In this document: positions 60,132 to 64,000 of the stretch, piece after piece | How positions within the stretch are numbered: the first letter of the stretch is position 1 | How the letters are laid out: every line of letters starts with the position of its first letter | Assembly: GCA_047495785.1 (NCBI GenBank) | Contig: JBLDXI010000021.1 | Location: forward strand, 186,001 to 250,000 | Direction: 5' to 3' | DNA from: Lepidodermella squamata | Taxonomy: Eukaryota > Animalia > Gastrotricha | DNA: 64,000 nt | The notes under the pieces: generated by a model | Seen by the model: the letters and a program-made list of their open reading frames with translations, nothing else | Told to the model about the DNA's origin: nothing | Databases searched by the model: none | Translations under genes and position numbers: made by a program

Positions 60132-63100
60132 TCATCTTATCGATCGGGGAGTTATTATTCTCGTCGAATAACGAGTCGGGGTAAGTACGCGCTGGCCTCT
60201 GACCACATAGCGCGAATCGTCGATTTGTGTAGTCGGATTGAACCAGTCCTCGAGCTGCATTGGCGGCTCTTCGGTTTGCACGTGTTCGGAAGAATTCCAC
60301 TTGACCACCGTTTTCTCCTCAGGAGGAACGTCGAAGCGCTCTAAAATTAGAAAAATAAAATTTTTTTAATTTAGATTCATCCATCATTTAAAAATGAATA
60401 AAATCAAATTAAGGAATGCGCATTAGCAATAAAAATTTTCGAAAATTTCAGAAGAGAATTTTAATTGAAAAAATTTGCAAAAATTAGAATCGGCGTTTCA
60501 TGGACATTTCCCAAATCTAGGAAATTTTCAGAAATATCTCCTAAATTCTCAGAATCTGACTTACTCCAACAACAGCACAGAATAATCACGATGATAGCGA
60601 TTATGACGAGCAGAACAATCAGGGCGATGACAATGCCGAAAATCCAGCCGACCCGCTCGTCTTCAGATTTCGAAGATGAATTAATCGTTCGATTTATATT
60701 GATTTGCGAATCCACCGAAGTTCTCGGCAAGGTCGATGTTGAAGTTGTAGGCGTGCTTGTCGTTGACGTAAAACCGTCAGTTATCGGCGATTTAGTCGCT
60801 CCGGGTACTCGAACGACCTCGCTAACTGAGGCTGAAAGTCGCGAGTTGTCCTCGAGTTGAACACTGACGGCCCAGATAACTCGGTACAACTGGCCCACTG
60901 GGACTTCAAGCATAGCTTGATGCAGTAATGGACCGCCTTGTTGTTGCTCGAAGCGATCGGGCAATACCCGGTGCACTAACCGACCGGGTAGGGCGGCTAA
61001 AGCAGCTTCTGCTTTAGTTTCAGGCGTAATATACAACGATGTGCCATTTGTGGAAACTCCGTAACTAAAATAAAAAATTGCAGGGTAAAATTTGAAAATT
61101 TGAAAATAATTACATATTTTCGTAGTCTCTGAGCTGTTGAGCAGTTGTAAGCTTGAGGTAGTATGCAGTAATAACACCAGTGGAAAATCTCAAAGGTTGA
61201 GCTAAAACTACAATGGAAGCCATATCACCATTCGCTGACATAGGATCATCACTCAGCCTGAATAAAAATCCAAAATTAATCCCAATTATTATGGAAATTT
61301 TGTTTTAATCACCTGGCAAACGGTACAGGTGGAGGGTCAGGCTCAGCGATGGGTGTCCAAAAAGTGACCTCAGCCGACGGGCCAATACCAGCACTGTTTG
61401 CAGCCTGTACCGAAAAGCTGTACTTGGTCGACATCATAAGGTTACATATGAGCCTGTTCGGTTCCTTTTGAACGTATCTTTCAACACTCTGCCGCCTTAA
61501 CGGCAAATATGAATCAAGAATTGATAGATAAATCTGCGGAAAAATACAATAAATTCGGAAAATTCGTAAATATTCTTCAATTACGCTGTAGTTCGCGATG
61601 ATTCCATTCGTAGGATCCGGTGGGCCCCAAATTACCTCCCCGCAAGTTTTGTTGAAATTTCGATAAACTAGATTGACCGGCGGTCCGGGTTGGGCTTCCG
61701 GGGTCGCCAATATCATCGTTTGATGAGAAACATGGCCCTCAAGGGTGGTCTGCGTTAATTCAACCAAATACCGCGTATTAGGCCTCAATCCGGTCAGAGT
61801 TCGATTCGTCTGCGAGCAGTTCGGGTATTTTTCGATCAAAATCGGAACTACAGAATCAGCTGGCGTGACCTTCAACTCGCAAGATTCGATGCCTGGATAG
61901 ACCATCCCGGGCGCGGCTGGAGTCAAACTCCAAGCTACCGTAGCCACAGTCGGTCCAACCGCGTTGATTGGAAGAAATTGAGGTGGCGGGCGAGGTTGCT
62001 CTTCGGATGGTGTCGTAAATTGAATTTTACCAGGCGGGCCTGATCCATATTTATTCTTCGCCACAACTTCTACCGAATATTCATACGCCGGCGATAATTG
62101 GGTGAAAGTGACCCATGTTCGATTAGTTCTTATGGTGAAAAATGGGACGCGTTGCCCGGTTGAATCACTCGAATCAGCCGATCGCGCAGCGGCGCGTGGG
62201 ACCCGGTATTGAAACACCTCGAAGGTCACATTTGTGTCACCCCGGTCTTGGCACGCCAAGGGTGACCAACTGAGACGCGCTGTTCGAGACGCAACGTCTT
62301 CGAGTTGCATATTCTCAACAGCGGCTGTTGGCGCGTTTCCCGTTGTTACAATAATTTTCTGGGCTAAACTCGCCGAGGAAATATCGGTAGCTGCTATACT
62401 TTTCAGCAAAGTTATTCGATACTGACGCCAGCGTTCCAATCGAAGTATTTGCGGCGTACTATTCGTGAGCTTGAAGATCTGCGGACCCTCGGTCGTTTGA
62501 AAAGGGCTTTAAAATAAAAAATTTAGAAATTTTCGAAAAATCTTTAGTCCATTCAACTCACTCGCAATCGCCTATACCGATCATTTCGACCAAAAGCCCG
62601 GCATCCGGAGGCAATGGCGGCGAATTTGGAGCCGTTTTAAGGCTGACTTGAACATTGCCAGGGGTCGTCGGGTCATTCAGCACTTGAAATTCTGACATAA
62701 CAATCGGCGGAGTAGTCGTGGAAGTTGAAGCAACCGTCGTTTGAACAGCGGTCGTTTTCTCACTTGTAACAACATCAATCGGTCTAGTTGGGTAGGTATC
62801 GTAACCAGTGACGGTTGAAGGCAAGGTAGGCTTCGTCCCTGTCACTGGCGGGTCGGTAATCACAACACCCCCACCGCCCTCAGTCGGGCAGTTACGTTGA
62901 AAAACCTCGGTTGGAATGCTAGGAACCCCTGTCACGTATTTTCCATTCGTATCCAGGCCGTTTACTACAACGCGGAATTGATAAAATCTCGTATCTGGCG
63001 ATGGGGTGTAGGAAAAATTCAGCGGCTCTTTCTTGGTGCCGGATCTTATCGTTTCATCTTCACTTAAAATTCGGTAAATCATGCGCCATTGCGGCCGAGT

Positions 63101-64000
63101 TGGTGTTCGAACTTCAAGTCTAAATAAAACCGAAATAAAACGAGAAATTCAGATTTTCGATTTAAATTACTCGTAATTTTTCACGACAATTTCAGGATTT
63201 CCGAAATCCAGCTCTCCAGTCCATTGCCGCCAAGAAACGGTGATGTTTTCGCAATTTCGAACCGTAACAAGCGGCGCATCACTCAGCTCGAGTTTGCGAA
63301 TCTGGCAAGACGGCCCGAACCATTCTTCGGCGCATTTTCCATCAGGCGCACAAAATCCATTCACCGAATCACACGCAGCGCCTTTCCAGCAGTGGCAATA
63401 AAATCCGCACCGAAAACCAAATTGACCAGTCGGGCAAGCTAGAAATTTGAAAATTAATAATTTAGGCTGGATTTTTTTTAGGAAATCTTACGTCTTTGGC
63501 ACATGGGAGGGTCCATAAAGCCGTGGGCACAAACTCCACTTTTGCAGAAACCGGTCACTTTATCACAAGCTAACAGGGTCGAGCAATGGCAAATTCCATC
63601 ACACCTCGGCCCGAAACGGTAAGGAACTGTACAGCCGTTAACAGGCTTAGAATTTGTATCCTCAGCCTTAGTCACGAAATAACTGTTGTCACCAACGGCT
63701 TTGATTTGGCGAGGCGGTGGGGGCGGGGGTGGGCTGGGTGGAGGCGGCTGTAATAGAGGTGGTTGCTGGCTATGGCTGCTCCACAACGCGGCCGAAGCCA
63801 TGCGTTCGAATTGCCGAAGACCAATCGGCCGGGTGGTTATCACGTACCAATCATCTGGTGGGTACGGCTCAGCAACCCGCTTCGTTATCCTATTAACAGG
63901 CCTTTGGTAAAACACATTCCTGGTCCGGCCCGATACTATTAATGGCGTGGTTTTGACGGTCGAAGTGAGTTGACGCCGCCTGGTTTGATTCTGCAGTGAT
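60132..64000 (-). CDS. Type I membrane protein with EGF-like and multiple FN3 domains and a short cytoplasmic tail; 5' end beyond the window
   Basis: FGPRCDGICHC..CDKVTGFC EGF-like units; FN3 motifs LSPAYEYSVEVVAKNKYGSGP, LRPNTRYLV and YSFSVQAANSAGIGP; TM WIFGIVIALIVLLVIIAIIVIILCCCW; last exon 60341-60132 ends ..TPRSIR*. Confidence 0.85.

Overview
Eukaryotic (metazoan, probably a small-genome bilaterian invertebrate) DNA with short introns, mostly ~45-65 nt and GT-AG. No prokaryotic features, CRISPR arrays, rRNA or tRNA were recognised. Conserved genes: MRPL18 (with a GC-AG intron), a TLC-domain protein, a DUF288/STELLO-like protein, ARL6IP1, an LDL-receptor-like protein, a RING/B-box (TRIM-like) protein, an ankyrin-repeat protein, a compact Nav2-type channel with an atypical D-D-E-A filter, STK11/LKB1, eIF2-alpha, a four-module CCN protein, an EGF/FN3 receptor and three uncharacterised low-complexity proteins. 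27.6-37.5 kb is an accessory zone of decayed ORFs, and there are many MITE/foldback elements. The most striking pattern is three small orphan enzyme- or effector-like genes: a PIN-type nuclease, a stand-alone retropepsin-like protease and a coiled-coil+globular protein. Two of them sit in ~2.3-2.4 kb MITE-rich inserts bracketed by a direct duplication of the AATAAA-bearing 3' end of the upstream same-strand host gene, so the orphan appears to use a copied host 3' end. The third is followed by a host ankyrin-gene fragment. Unpaired 3' splice acceptors just before many ATGs, and a 140-bp same-strand gap before eIF2-alpha, hint at SL trans-splicing and operons. All gene models were spliced by eye and no database searches were run.
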